Virus record (IMG/VR): IMGVR_UViG_3300025141_015556
Source: a virus
Direction: 5' to 3' (one strand)
DNA length: 64,000 bases
Positions 26,762-35,290 of this stretch are shown here, piece after piece (position 1 is the stretch's first letter; each line of letters opens with the position of its first letter). The notes under the pieces are model-generated. The model saw only the letters and a list, made by a program, of their open reading frames with translations. It ran no database searches and had not been told where the DNA came from. The translations under genes were made by a program, and so were the position numbers.

Positions 26762-27132
26762 TTTTCCTCCAAATCTTTAATTGCTACTTTTATTGCTTCT
26801 TCTGCCAACACCGAACAATGGATTTTAACGGGTGGCAACGAAAGCTCTTCTACGATATCGGTATTTTTTATTTTCATGGCCGCGTCAAGGGTCTTCCCCC
26901 TCAACCACCCAGTGGCCAGTGATGCCGCGGCAATTGCCGAGCCACACCCAAAGGCTTTAAATTTTGCATCTGCAATACATCCGCTGCTGTCAACTTGAAT
27001 TTGCAATTTCATCACATCTCCACATTCTGGTGCGCCCACTATGCCCGTCCCAACGCGCGGATCTTTCTTGTCCATAGAACCCATATTGCGCGGGTTTTCA
27101 AAATGATCTAAAACTTTTTTTGAATATGCCAT
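26758..27132 (-). CDS. iscU: Fe-S cluster scaffold IscU
   Basis: YSKKVLDHFENPRN, GAPECGD, FGCGSAIA, LPPVKIHCS. Confidence 0.97.
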   Translation of the reverse strand: MAYSKKVLDHFENPRNMGSMDKKDPRVGTGIVGAPECGDVMKLQIQVDSSGCIADAKFKAFGCGSAIAAASLATGWLRGKTLDAAMKIKNTDIVEELSLPPVKIHCSVLAEEAIKVAIKDLEEK

Positions 27133-27156
27133 AAATTTTATCCTTCTCGTATATAA

Positions 27157-29565
27157 TTATCCACACTTTGCAAAACCGCAATTCTTGCAAGTCACACAGC
27201 CCTCAATATAAACCAAGCCCTCGGTCATGCACTGTTCACATGTCCTCTCGGTTGCTTTCTGTCCATCGGGAATATAACCCTTCAAGACTCTCGCGACACA
27301 TTTAGCAAAACTGAACATGTCGCTGTCCCGGTCCTTTTGAAGTTGCTCCACAACGTACTGAATGTTTGCCCCATGCCGTAGCCCAAGCGAAATCATCCTC
27401 GTGAAGGCGCTATGGTTTGGATTGTCAAAAACTCTTACCAAGTCCTTTACTGTTACCAAATCGCCATTTGTTCCGATTTGCAAATCGTAAACTGAATTCA
27501 TCGTCTTCCGCGGATGTTTGATCAGGACCCCTTGCGGTTTGCTTCTTGGAATTTCAATAAGGTTAGAAAGGCCACCCATAACCTCATAGGGTTTACCTTC
27601 TAATAGTCCAACCATGATAACCCATTTTTCACCCTGGATGGTGGCATGGTGGATATTACATTCTAGTTTGAGAGGACGTTTAGGCGCCTTGTGGTGAAGG
27701 AATTTGCCCTTTTTCTTGCCCACCAGCACGCCAGAGCGTGAGCCATCGACATAAACCGTTATCCCCTTAAGACCCAGCTTCCAGCCCATCATATATATTT
27801 CCCCCACCACACTCGGGTCGGTACCCTTGGGGAGATTAATCGTAGAACTAATAGAATGATCAATGTTGTGTTGTATTGCTGCTTGAACCTTAACACGTTT
27901 AGTCCAGTCAATATCGCCTGATTCTACAAAGAAATCGGGGGGGGTGTCAATATTAAACATTTCTAAACACTCACGAACATTGTGATGAAATACTTTATAT
28001 TCCAGCCACCCGTCTCCCAAATCATCAACGAGATCCGGTTCTATGTTTTTCTCGTTGTGCGATAGTTTGCGACGTCGCACATAACTATTTCTGTATACCG
28101 GTTCAAGGCCGGAAGAGGTCTGGGACATAATAGAAACAGACCCAGTCGGAGCATTAGTAAGAATAGAAATATTACGACGTCCAAAAGTCTCAATTTTTTC
28201 AGACAGAATTTTTGGGAGCCTTTTTATATATGAATTATTTTTCTCTTTTTGCCAGTCAAATACTGGGAATGCGCCGCGCTCTTGAGCCAGATAGACGCTC
28301 TCTAGATAGGCGGTATCTCGAATCGTTTCATAAATCTTTTCAATGATTTCAATGGCCTCGTCGGAATCATACGCCAGACCCAAGCGCGCAACAGAGTCAG
28401 CAAGACCATGCGTGCCTAGGCCAGTACGTCGACCATTCACACACACCTCGTACAGTTTGCTCCAGAGTTCTCGCTCGCTTTCTGTATCGCATGCCTCTTT
28501 AATGCGTTCTAATTTTTCTAGTTCTAATTCCACAAGGTCGTCAGACAGTCGCATTCCAACAGAGGCTATTTCTTTAAGTTTATTAAAATCAAACACAGCC
28601 TTCTCGCTGAACGGATTGCGCACCAAGTGTTTAAGATTCAGCGAGATAAGCCTACAACTATCATAAGCCGACAATGGTATCTCGCCACAGGGATTTGTTG
28701 TAAGTGTCTGAAATCCCTCATCTTTATAGCATTCTGCCGGAAGATTGTTAATGATATTGTCCCACATCAGAAGACCGGGCTCGGCTGTTGCTGTTGCTGA
28801 TTCAACTATTTTATCCCACAGTTTTTTTGCATTGATTCTCTTGCTGATGGTGGGTGTTTCGCTATCGACTGGAAATTGTAAAGTAAAGGTTTCTTTATTT
28901 TCGACAGCCTTCATGAAAGAATCGTTTATTTTTACTGAAACGTTTGCACCGGTGACCTTTGATAGATCCTGCTTCATTGTAATAAACTTTTCGATATCGG
29001 GGTGCCGGATATCCATGGAAATCATCAATGCGCCGCGGCGGCCGTTCTGTCCTATCATCCTACAAATATAAGAATAGAAATCAGCGAAGGACCATGCCCC
29101 AGTGGTGGTACGTGCAGAGTTATTTACTAACGCGTCTTCGGGTCGGAGTTTTGATATGTCCAGACCGACACCACACCGGCGCTTAAATAGATTAGCGAGG
29201 TCTTTGCCGGCATCCACAATAGACGAAATACAATCTTGAGGATTATCAATAACAACACAATTGGATAAAGATACATTAACATAGTTATTTCCAATCCCCA
29301 TCATAGGCGAGCCTTGTGGGACAATATATTTAAAATTTTTAAAGTATGAATGTATCTCATCTTCCGAAAGCGCATTCACCTCAAATTTTTCTTCAATACG
29401 TACAAATTCTTTTGCAAGCCTTCGATGCATATCATCTGGAGTTTTTTCTATAAAGTTTCCTTCTTTGTCTCGTAGGCAATACTTGGTCATGAAAACATTC
29501 ATGGCCAGCTCATCACCATTAAAATATTCTAGCGTTGCCTCTTTTACCTCTTCAGTATTATACAT
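27157..29565 (-). CDS. nrdJ: Class II (adenosylcobalamin-dependent) ribonucleotide reductase
   Basis: LSNC, TNPCGEIPL, APTGS, KGITVY; C-terminal EGC..C..CG..KC; no beta subunit gene nearby. Confidence 0.92.
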   Translation of the reverse strand: MYNTEEVKEATLEYFNGDELAMNVFMTKYCLRDKEGNFIEKTPDDMHRRLAKEFVRIEEKFEVNALSEDEIHSYFKNFKYIVPQGSPMMGIGNNYVNVSLSNCVVIDNPQDCISSIVDAGKDLANLFKRRCGVGLDISKLRPEDALVNNSARTTTGAWSFADFYSYICRMIGQNGRRGALMISMDIRHPDIEKFITMKQDLSKVTGANVSVKINDSFMKAVENKETFTLQFPVDSETPTISKRINAKKLWDKIVESATATAEPGLLMWDNIINNLPAECYKDEGFQTLTTNPCGEIPLSAYDSCRLISLNLKHLVRNPFSEKAVFDFNKLKEIASVGMRLSDDLVELELEKLERIKEACDTESERELWSKLYEVCVNGRRTGLGTHGLADSVARLGLAYDSDEAIEIIEKIYETIRDTAYLESVYLAQERGAFPVFDWQKEKNNSYIKRLPKILSEKIETFGRRNISILTNAPTGSVSIMSQTSSGLEPVYRNSYVRRRKLSHNEKNIEPDLVDDLGDGWLEYKVFHHNVRECLEMFNIDTPPDFFVESGDIDWTKRVKVQAAIQHNIDHSISSTINLPKGTDPSVVGEIYMMGWKLGLKGITVYVDGSRSGVLVGKKKGKFLHHKAPKRPLKLECNIHHATIQGEKWVIMVGLLEGKPYEVMGGLSNLIEIPRSKPQGVLIKHPRKTMNSVYDLQIGTNGDLVTVKDLVRVFDNPNHSAFTRMISLGLRHGANIQYVVEQLQKDRDSDMFSFAKCVARVLKGYIPDGQKATERTCEQCMTEGLVYIEGCVTCKNCGFAKCG

Positions 29566-30967
29566 CCCTCTGTTCCTTCGTGTTTATTAAAGTTAGGGGC
29601 GGCCTATTTTTTTTGAATTTTTGATACTTCTCCGCTAATTTTTGTTGTTGTGTCTTTGTGGTTAGTGCGGGTGCCTCGTCGCCGTGCGTCGGCTCTAAAA
29701 CCTTGATGCACACATTTGAAGTGTCCATAAATAGTGGATACACTATTCCATCAGGCCCATTTCTATTTTTTGCTATGAATATCCTTCCCGTATTCCCCAA
29801 TTTATCTTCAGGGGTGCGAGAAATAGAAAAAATAAAATCTGCCACGAAGCATTTATTAAAGGCCTCCGATATGGACTCCATGGTGACCACCTCCGCATTC
29901 AAACCTGAACGATTTGTCTGAGAGGCTGTCCATATGGGACATTTATGTTCCTGCGCGAGGCCTCGTAACTCCTCATAAATTGACTCCAACTCGTTTCTCT
30001 TTTCTCGTTGTATGGTCACTGGTTTTAAAAGGTCAGCATAATCAACAATAATCATGTCAACACGAATATCTTTCATTTTAAGCTTTTCCAGATGATTTTT
30101 TAAGGTCTGAGTTGAAGCAGATTTTGTTGGATATTCTTTAATAATTAAACCCCCTCCGATGTCCTGGATGTCTTCATAAATTTTTTCTTTAAACGAAGAA
30201 AGATTTGCCAATGGAATTTTTGTAATGCAGCTGTCATAGCGAGAGCCTATTACGGTGTCCTGTAGCTCTAACGTATAGTGAACAACATTTTTGCCCTCTT
30301 TCAACGCCTGACTCCCTAGATGTACCAGGGCCATCGACTTCCCAACTCCGGTTGGCGCCAACACAACACCTAATTCTTTCTGTCCCAGGCCTCCCTTAAC
30401 GATGTCATCAATAATCTGCCAGCCAGTAGATAAGGGATTACGAAACCTGGGTTTAAATCTTTCTTCAAAATCTTTTTTCCAGTCATACCCCTCATTATTA
30501 TCGGCTCCGAGCTTCAAAGAATCATTTATGACTCTTGCGATTTCATCAAAAGAAGAAGATTGCAATAATCCAATTGATTTAATCATGGCAGATTTGAGAT
30601 TTTGTTTTCGACAAAAATCCAATGAAGTGTCTTTAATATATTCAGCGTTCTGTGGTTTCTCGCTCATGACACGAGCATAAAATTCTCGGACTTGTTGTTG
30701 TGTTAGCTGGTTGGAGTCGTCTATCCCAGAGCGCAAAATGGTTGCCATAATTTGGCGGCTTGGGTGCACCCCATATTTTTTTCTATATCCAAAGATTTGA
30801 TCAAGAAAGAGGCGCAAATATCTTAATTCTAAAAAACTAATATCCAATACTTCTTCAATTTGATCAGCAAAAGGGCGATCATCTAAAATGACTATGCACA
30901 ACTGCTCTTGAAAGGCTTTTCCGTATCGGGAAAAGTCAGCATTCTCTTTGATAAAATCCATTCTCAC
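29558..30967 (-). CDS. Replicative helicase (DnaB / T4 gp41-like)
   Basis: APTGVGKS, IIVDYADL, WTASQTNR, IAKNRNG. Confidence 0.92.
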   Translation of the reverse strand: MRMDFIKENADFSRYGKAFQEQLCIVILDDRPFADQIEEVLDISFLELRYLRLFLDQIFGYRKKYGVHPSRQIMATILRSGIDDSNQLTQQQVREFYARVMSEKPQNAEYIKDTSLDFCRKQNLKSAMIKSIGLLQSSSFDEIARVINDSLKLGADNNEGYDWKKDFEERFKPRFRNPLSTGWQIIDDIVKGGLGQKELGVVLAPTGVGKSMALVHLGSQALKEGKNVVHYTLELQDTVIGSRYDSCITKIPLANLSSFKEKIYEDIQDIGGGLIIKEYPTKSASTQTLKNHLEKLKMKDIRVDMIIVDYADLLKPVTIQREKRNELESIYEELRGLAQEHKCPIWTASQTNRSGLNAEVVTMESISEAFNKCFVADFIFSISRTPEDKLGNTGRIFIAKNRNGPDGIVYPLFMDTSNVCIKVLEPTHGDEAPALTTKTQQQKLAEKYQKFKKNRPPLTLINTKEQRDV

Positions 30968-30979
30968 CTCTTCTATACT

Positions 30980-31960
30980 TTACTTGTTATGGAACGGTTT
31001 GTCAATCGAAATACGATTCATGATCGCATAAAGATCTGTCCAATTAAAAACACCAAACCCATCCTCATTCATCATTTTAATAAAAGTGGTCCGATTGTAG
31101 TCGTAAGCAAAATTCTGAAATCCATAATTAATCTTTTTCTGTACTTGAAGAGAAATGGTGGGATCGTATAATTGCATAAGCCGGTAGTTCAATCTAATTA
31201 TCTCCTCGTTTGCTGTTATTACCTCGTAAAATTTCGGCCTTCTTTTGTCATCGGACCTAAACTCTCGACAATACTCAACAATCTCTTTTAAAGAAAAATT
31301 TTTATTTTCTACGAGAAAAGGAAGACGCTTTTTAATGGTTGGTAAACCCGCGCCGCCGACCCCCTTCAGGTTGTCAGATTTGTCACCAGCTATTGCGCGC
31401 GCTGCCGCGAAATTCTTAGGGTGAATGCCATATTCTTCCACCACGTTGTTGCGGTTGTGAACTTTCTTTTGGATAGGTCGGAAAAGAACTGTTTCTTCAT
31501 CACAGAGTTGTAAAAAGTCTTTGTCACTAGAGACGATAATTTTCTGCCATCCAGAAAACTGTTCAGATTGAGCTATATATGCGATTACATCATCGGCCTC
31601 AACCTCTGGAAACATATATTGAGTTACTGGCAGCTGATTAAGATAATCCAGCAGCCGTGTCTGCTGCCAAACTTTATTTTGCAACTCTTCGTTCTCAGAT
31701 AAATTTGTCTCTCGGTTGAGGCGAATTGGCTTGCGCCCTTGTTTGTATTCCTTTACAATCTGGCGCCTTTTTTGTGAGCCGCCAGGACCGTCCCAGCAGA
31801 TGGCCACCATATCGGGCTTCAGGTCGCGTGAGAGCTTCTGTAGTATCTTTAGGAAGCCCTTTAGACCCCCGATAGGCTGGCCGTTCGTGGAAAGGCTAGG
31901 ATCCACGATGTAGGCCCTGAAATACATGTTCAGGGCATCCACAATCATCAGTCTTTTCAT
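30980..31960 (-). CDS. 5'-3' exonuclease / flap endonuclease (T4 RNase H-like)
   Basis: MIVDALN, YKQGR, VEADD, SSDKDFLQ, GDKSDNLKGV. Confidence 0.93.
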   Translation of the reverse strand: MKRLMIVDALNMYFRAYIVDPSLSTNGQPIGGLKGFLKILQKLSRDLKPDMVAICWDGPGGSQKRRQIVKEYKQGRKPIRLNRETNLSENEELQNKVWQQTRLLDYLNQLPVTQYMFPEVEADDVIAYIAQSEQFSGWQKIIVSSDKDFLQLCDEETVLFRPIQKKVHNRNNVVEEYGIHPKNFAAARAIAGDKSDNLKGVGGAGLPTIKKRLPFLVENKNFSLKEIVEYCREFRSDDKRRPKFYEVITANEEIIRLNYRLMQLYDPTISLQVQKKINYGFQNFAYDYNRTTFIKMMNEDGFGVFNWTDLYAIMNRISIDKPFHNK

Positions 31961-32340
31961 AGTGTCATGCTCTCTATCTTCCCATTGTGATTTGTATACA
32001 CAACTTTTTTTATTCCCACGTGCCGCATTGCATTCTCACACATGCGGCACGGTTTGCTAATTCTTGCTTTACCTTCTCTGTTAATACGGGCCACATATAT
32101 AGTGGCGCCTTGAGTAGTCGAACGTTCCATCCCCAGAATTGCGCCCAGTTCTGCGTGCAGCGTAGCATCACCACGCCCCTCGCGACGGAAGCGACTACCG
32201 AAACTGCAGTGTCGATGTTTGTTGCAGGAAGCACTTCGTACGGAGCTGCCCTTCACAAGAACGGCGCCATGTCTAAACTTTCCATAATTTGATTGTTCTG
32301 CCACTCTCTTGGCGAACTCTATATATCTCTTGTTCTTCAA
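31957..32340 (-). CDS. Cytidine/dCMP deaminase-like Zn-dependent deaminase
   Basis: HGAVLV, LHAE, SKPCRMC. Confidence 0.85.
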   Translation of the reverse strand: MKNKRYIEFAKRVAEQSNYGKFRHGAVLVKGSSVRSASCNKHRHCSFGSRFRREGRGDATLHAELGAILGMERSTTQGATIYVARINREGKARISKPCRMCENAMRHVGIKKVVYTNHNGKIESMTL

Positions 32341-32370
32341 CTGTATCCTCTAACGTATGAAGCTCCTATG

Positions 32371-32399
32371 AGTATACCTCACAGGAGCCTCGAAGTCAA
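32371..32399 (-). promoter_or_regulatory. Sigma70-type promoter overlapping a hairpin
   Basis: TTGACT-17 bp-TATACT; the -10 sits at the loop of an 11-bp stem (32362-32388). Confidence 0.7.
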
Positions 32400-32430
32400 G
32401 GGTTAAGTTTAATAAGTATCGGGAATCTCC

Positions 32431-33030
32431 TCAGTCGCCGCGGGCCCAGACCTCGTAGTCAGCCACCAGCGGTATTCCGGTCTCGTGTTCGACAGGGCCA
32501 CCCCTCTCCTCGTTCCAGTTCCCGTTAGGGCCTCCAAAGGCGCTGTGCCATTTCCCATCTGGCTCTGCTACGGCGCGGAAGGCATCCATCCGATCTGTAC
32601 CAATATCTTTGTGCGCTATATTTATCCACTTAATTTCTTCTTTAAAAAATTTCTTCATCTCAGCTTCGCTGATCTTTCCTGCATCGTAAAGGTCTTGCAT
32701 ATACAGTGGTTGCAAGCGTTTGCTGCCGTCGGGAAAAATCCTCGGCTGTTTAAGGGCCTTTTGTTCTTCAGCTTCCAGCGCGTCGTGATACGGATCTGGT
32801 TTGGCGCGCCGTACGGGATCACCTAGTTCGGCCGTTGGATCCGTTTGTGGCGGTGTGCTGCTCGGTCCACCACCCCCCACAGCAGCTGCTCCTAGGGCGC
32901 CTGCCGCGGCAAGACTTGCAAGCCTTTGTTTCAGACCTTCATCCAGCGACTCTTCTTCGCCCTCTTCCAAAAACCTGCGCCAGCTCTCTGTCATTAGCTG
33001 GGCTTCTTTATAACTGGACCACTTACTCAT
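32431..33030 (-). CDS. Hypothetical protein with leader and Ala/Gly hydrophobic segment (putative virion cargo)
   Basis: Start re-assigned to MSKWSS after GGAG; LMTESWRRFLEE...LDE; GACTAATTA at 33054-33062. Confidence 0.7.
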   Translation of the reverse strand: MSKWSSYKEAQLMTESWRRFLEEGEEESLDEGLKQRLASLAAAGALGAAAVGGGGPSSTPPQTDPTAELGDPVRRAKPDPYHDALEAEEQKALKQPRIFPDGSKRLQPLYMQDLYDAGKISEAEMKKFFKEEIKWINIAHKDIGTDRMDAFRAVAEPDGKWHSAFGGPNGNWNEERGGPVEHETGIPLVADYEVWARGD

Positions 33031-33069
33031 TGTTGTTCTCCGGGAATACATACTAATTAGTCTTATTCT

Positions 33070-33987
33070 TTATCTACGTCGTATTCTCTTTAATGATGGA
33101 ATGCCAACAAGCTTTACTGTTGTATATCCCTCTGTTCTATCGGGCGCTGAATATTGGCCAAAGAAGCGATCATAGGCTTGAGGGGGAATGGTTTTTGATC
33201 TTCCTGGTTCGGCAGCAATTTCTTGTGCTCGGGTGGTAGCAATTTGTTTAATTTCTTCCTTCTCTTCGTCGCTCCAGCCGTCAAGACTATTGGCGAAAAC
33301 ATACGCCTCTTGAACAAACCTATCATTAATAATTTTAGAAGCCTCTTCGGAAGTAAGATTGGCCATTGGTATTTTGGTGATGGCACTAGCCATTTGCATA
33401 CGATGACCATCTCTTTCATCACGTGACATATTAAGCATGTCGACAACAACATTCTTTTTTTCTGTAGCGTATGTACTTCTCGCCGTTTCAAACTCATCCT
33501 TTATCGCTTCGTTAGCAGACTTAATCTTGGGATAATATAAGGGAACAAAAACATTAATAGGTACTCCCCATCCGCCTTCGGTACGTGGCGTCAAAGCTTT
33601 AATATAATCCTGTGCCTCAAAGGGAGCCACGGGGCCAAATTGTTTTGTCTCAGCTACATGTTCTTTATTAAATTTATCTGCGACTGCCTGCAAGGAAGCT
33701 AAATATTGTTCAACCTTTTGTGGATCTTCGGGGCTCGGAAGGCCGGGAGGGAGTATCTCTTTGGGAGGTCTCTTATACATATCATCATATGTTCCAACGC
33801 CGCTTTCCCGGGCAACTTTTTCAACTATGTCATCACGATTAAGAATCGAAAATTCACCTGATATGTTTTTCTCTACCCACGTTGACTTTCCTACTGCGGG
33901 GGGGCCGACCAGAAAGATCATTCGCGGCTTGGTTGGGCCCCCTTGTTCACTCAAGAACCTCTTCCAACTTTCCATTATCAGCTTCAT
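33070..33987 (-). CDS. P-loop kinase/ATPase (AAA_33 / PNK-like) with N-terminal leader
   Basis: MKLIMESWKRFLSE leader; GPPAVGKSTW; LNRDDIV; VVVDMLN; AACTATTTA at 34002-34010. Confidence 0.8.
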   Translation of the reverse strand: MKLIMESWKRFLSEQGGPTKPRMIFLVGPPAVGKSTWVEKNISGEFSILNRDDIVEKVARESGVGTYDDMYKRPPKEILPPGLPSPEDPQKVEQYLASLQAVADKFNKEHVAETKQFGPVAPFEAQDYIKALTPRTEGGWGVPINVFVPLYYPKIKSANEAIKDEFETARSTYATEKKNVVVDMLNMSRDERDGHRMQMASAITKIPMANLTSEEASKIINDRFVQEAYVFANSLDGWSDEEKEEIKQIATTRAQEIAAEPGRSKTIPPQAYDRFFGQYSAPDRTEGYTTVKLVGIPSLKRIRRR

Positions 33988-34008
33988 CGTAAAACCTGAT
34001 ATAAATAG

Positions 34009-35118
34009 TTACTCGTCGTCTAAAGTGTAATGATCTTCTGCGTTGCCGATGCGATTATCAAACTTCATAATAATTTCTTCATCCATTATATCGAACACTC
34101 GGCGCCTAAACCGCTCATCTTCTAGCTTATCGATCCAATGGGATCCTTGGAATTTCTCTTCCGAGCCATCATCATGCACCAAGGCATACCATGCGCCTGC
34201 TCGCTTGAGATTCTCCGAAGACTTAATAGCTTCAAGCCAGGATTCTTCATCCTGCACGCCAACATTTTCTCCCCACAGAATCTTAAAGGCACAGTTACGC
34301 CCCTGCGTTCCGAAGCGAGACTTCTCCAGCTTAACCTTCACTTCTGATCCGATGCGGAATCCATTGTCGTCCAGAACAAAGCTGGCCTTGGCCTTGCGTC
34401 CGGTTAGCCAGACGCGCAGAGAATAAGCATAAATCATTGCCTTCCCTCCCGGTGTGACGTACGGAGTGGTCATGGCCTCAGCCGGAAACCTTGTGATGTT
34501 GGTCTTCAATTGGTTTAGAACCAGAAAGGTTGATTGGCTGTTCGCAATAGGGATGGTCAGCTTGGACATTCCCTTGGCGAGGATGCGAGCCTTCACTGCC
34601 ATCGATGATTGAGGGTTGAAATCTCCCTCCACGTCTGAAACAGACGGGGTAAGGGCGAGCGAATCCCAAATAAACAGGGTTTTCTCTGCTCCGCTATTGA
34701 GGATTTGTTCAATAGTTTCAAGTACTTGCTCGACTGACTGGACCTGAACGTAAATAAGCGTCTCTAAGTCACATCCGGCGCGCTCTAAGAAGGCTGGATC
34801 GATCGCAGACTCGGCATCCATATAGATTACATTCATGCCCATTCTCTGGGCGTTGCCAGCAATCTGTGCAGCCATGAAAGATTTGCCTGTTGATTCTAAA
34901 CCAGCAATCTCTGATATCTTTCCAACCGGAATGCCCGCAAGCTTCCCGCGGCATATAATGCTATCGAGCCAGCGTGATCCTGTGGGAATCCATTCCTTAA
35001 CCTCGGTTGGATTTTCATTTTTAAGATTGTAGGCAACTTCCATTCCAGAAGTTTTATTGATTAAGCTTCGAAGATCGCCAATAGAAACCTTGCCCGCCGT
35101 TGATTTACTCCGCGCCAT
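34009..35118 (-). CDS. recA: RecA/UvsX recombinase
   Basis: GLESTGKS, YMDAE, IWDSL, LNQL, TPGGKA, KSRFG; start re-assigned to MARSKS. Confidence 0.93.
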   Translation of the reverse strand: MARSKSTAGKVSIGDLRSLINKTSGMEVAYNLKNENPTEVKEWIPTGSRWLDSIICRGKLAGIPVGKISEIAGLESTGKSFMAAQIAGNAQRMGMNVIYMDAESAIDPAFLERAGCDLETLIYVQVQSVEQVLETIEQILNSGAEKTLFIWDSLALTPSVSDVEGDFNPQSSMAVKARILAKGMSKLTIPIANSQSTFLVLNQLKTNITRFPAEAMTTPYVTPGGKAMIYAYSLRVWLTGRKAKASFVLDDNGFRIGSEVKVKLEKSRFGTQGRNCAFKILWGENVGVQDEESWLEAIKSSENLKRAGAWYALVHDDGSEEKFQGSHWIDKLEDERFRRRVFDIMDEEIIMKFDNRIGNAEDHYTLDDE

Positions 35119-35230
35119 CTCGATCCTTTGTTCTTTCCTGAAGCTCATAAACTTGAGCATCCAGACGTCTAAGCCTATACACTAAATAAAATGCGCCTAT
35201 AAAAAACGCCAGTGCGGGTAGCAACTCCAT
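35105..35230 (-). CDS. 41-aa single-pass membrane peptide
   Basis: Manual translation MELLPALAFFIGAFYLVYRLRRLDAQVYELQERTKDRDGAE; AGGAG RBS. Confidence 0.6.
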   Translation of the reverse strand: MELLPALAFFIGAFYLVYRLRRLDAQVYELQERTKDRDGAE

Positions 35231-35249
35231 CTTGTCTCCTAAAATAAAT

Positions 35250-35283
35250 AAGGCACCTGATAACCCTGTGCCTTCCTGTGGGT
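35250..35283 (-). other. Candidate structured RNA element (hairpin or H-type pseudoknot)
   Basis: Stem AAGGCAC/GTGCCTT; loop GGGT is complementary to the upstream ACCC. Confidence 0.45.
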
Positions 35284-35290
35284 GAATAAT

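Noticed and set aside
21378-35118. Inteins or introns in dnaE, nrdJ, helicase or recA
   Set aside because: Lengths are normal, ORFs are uninterrupted, and no splice-junction or homing-endonuclease motifs were seen.
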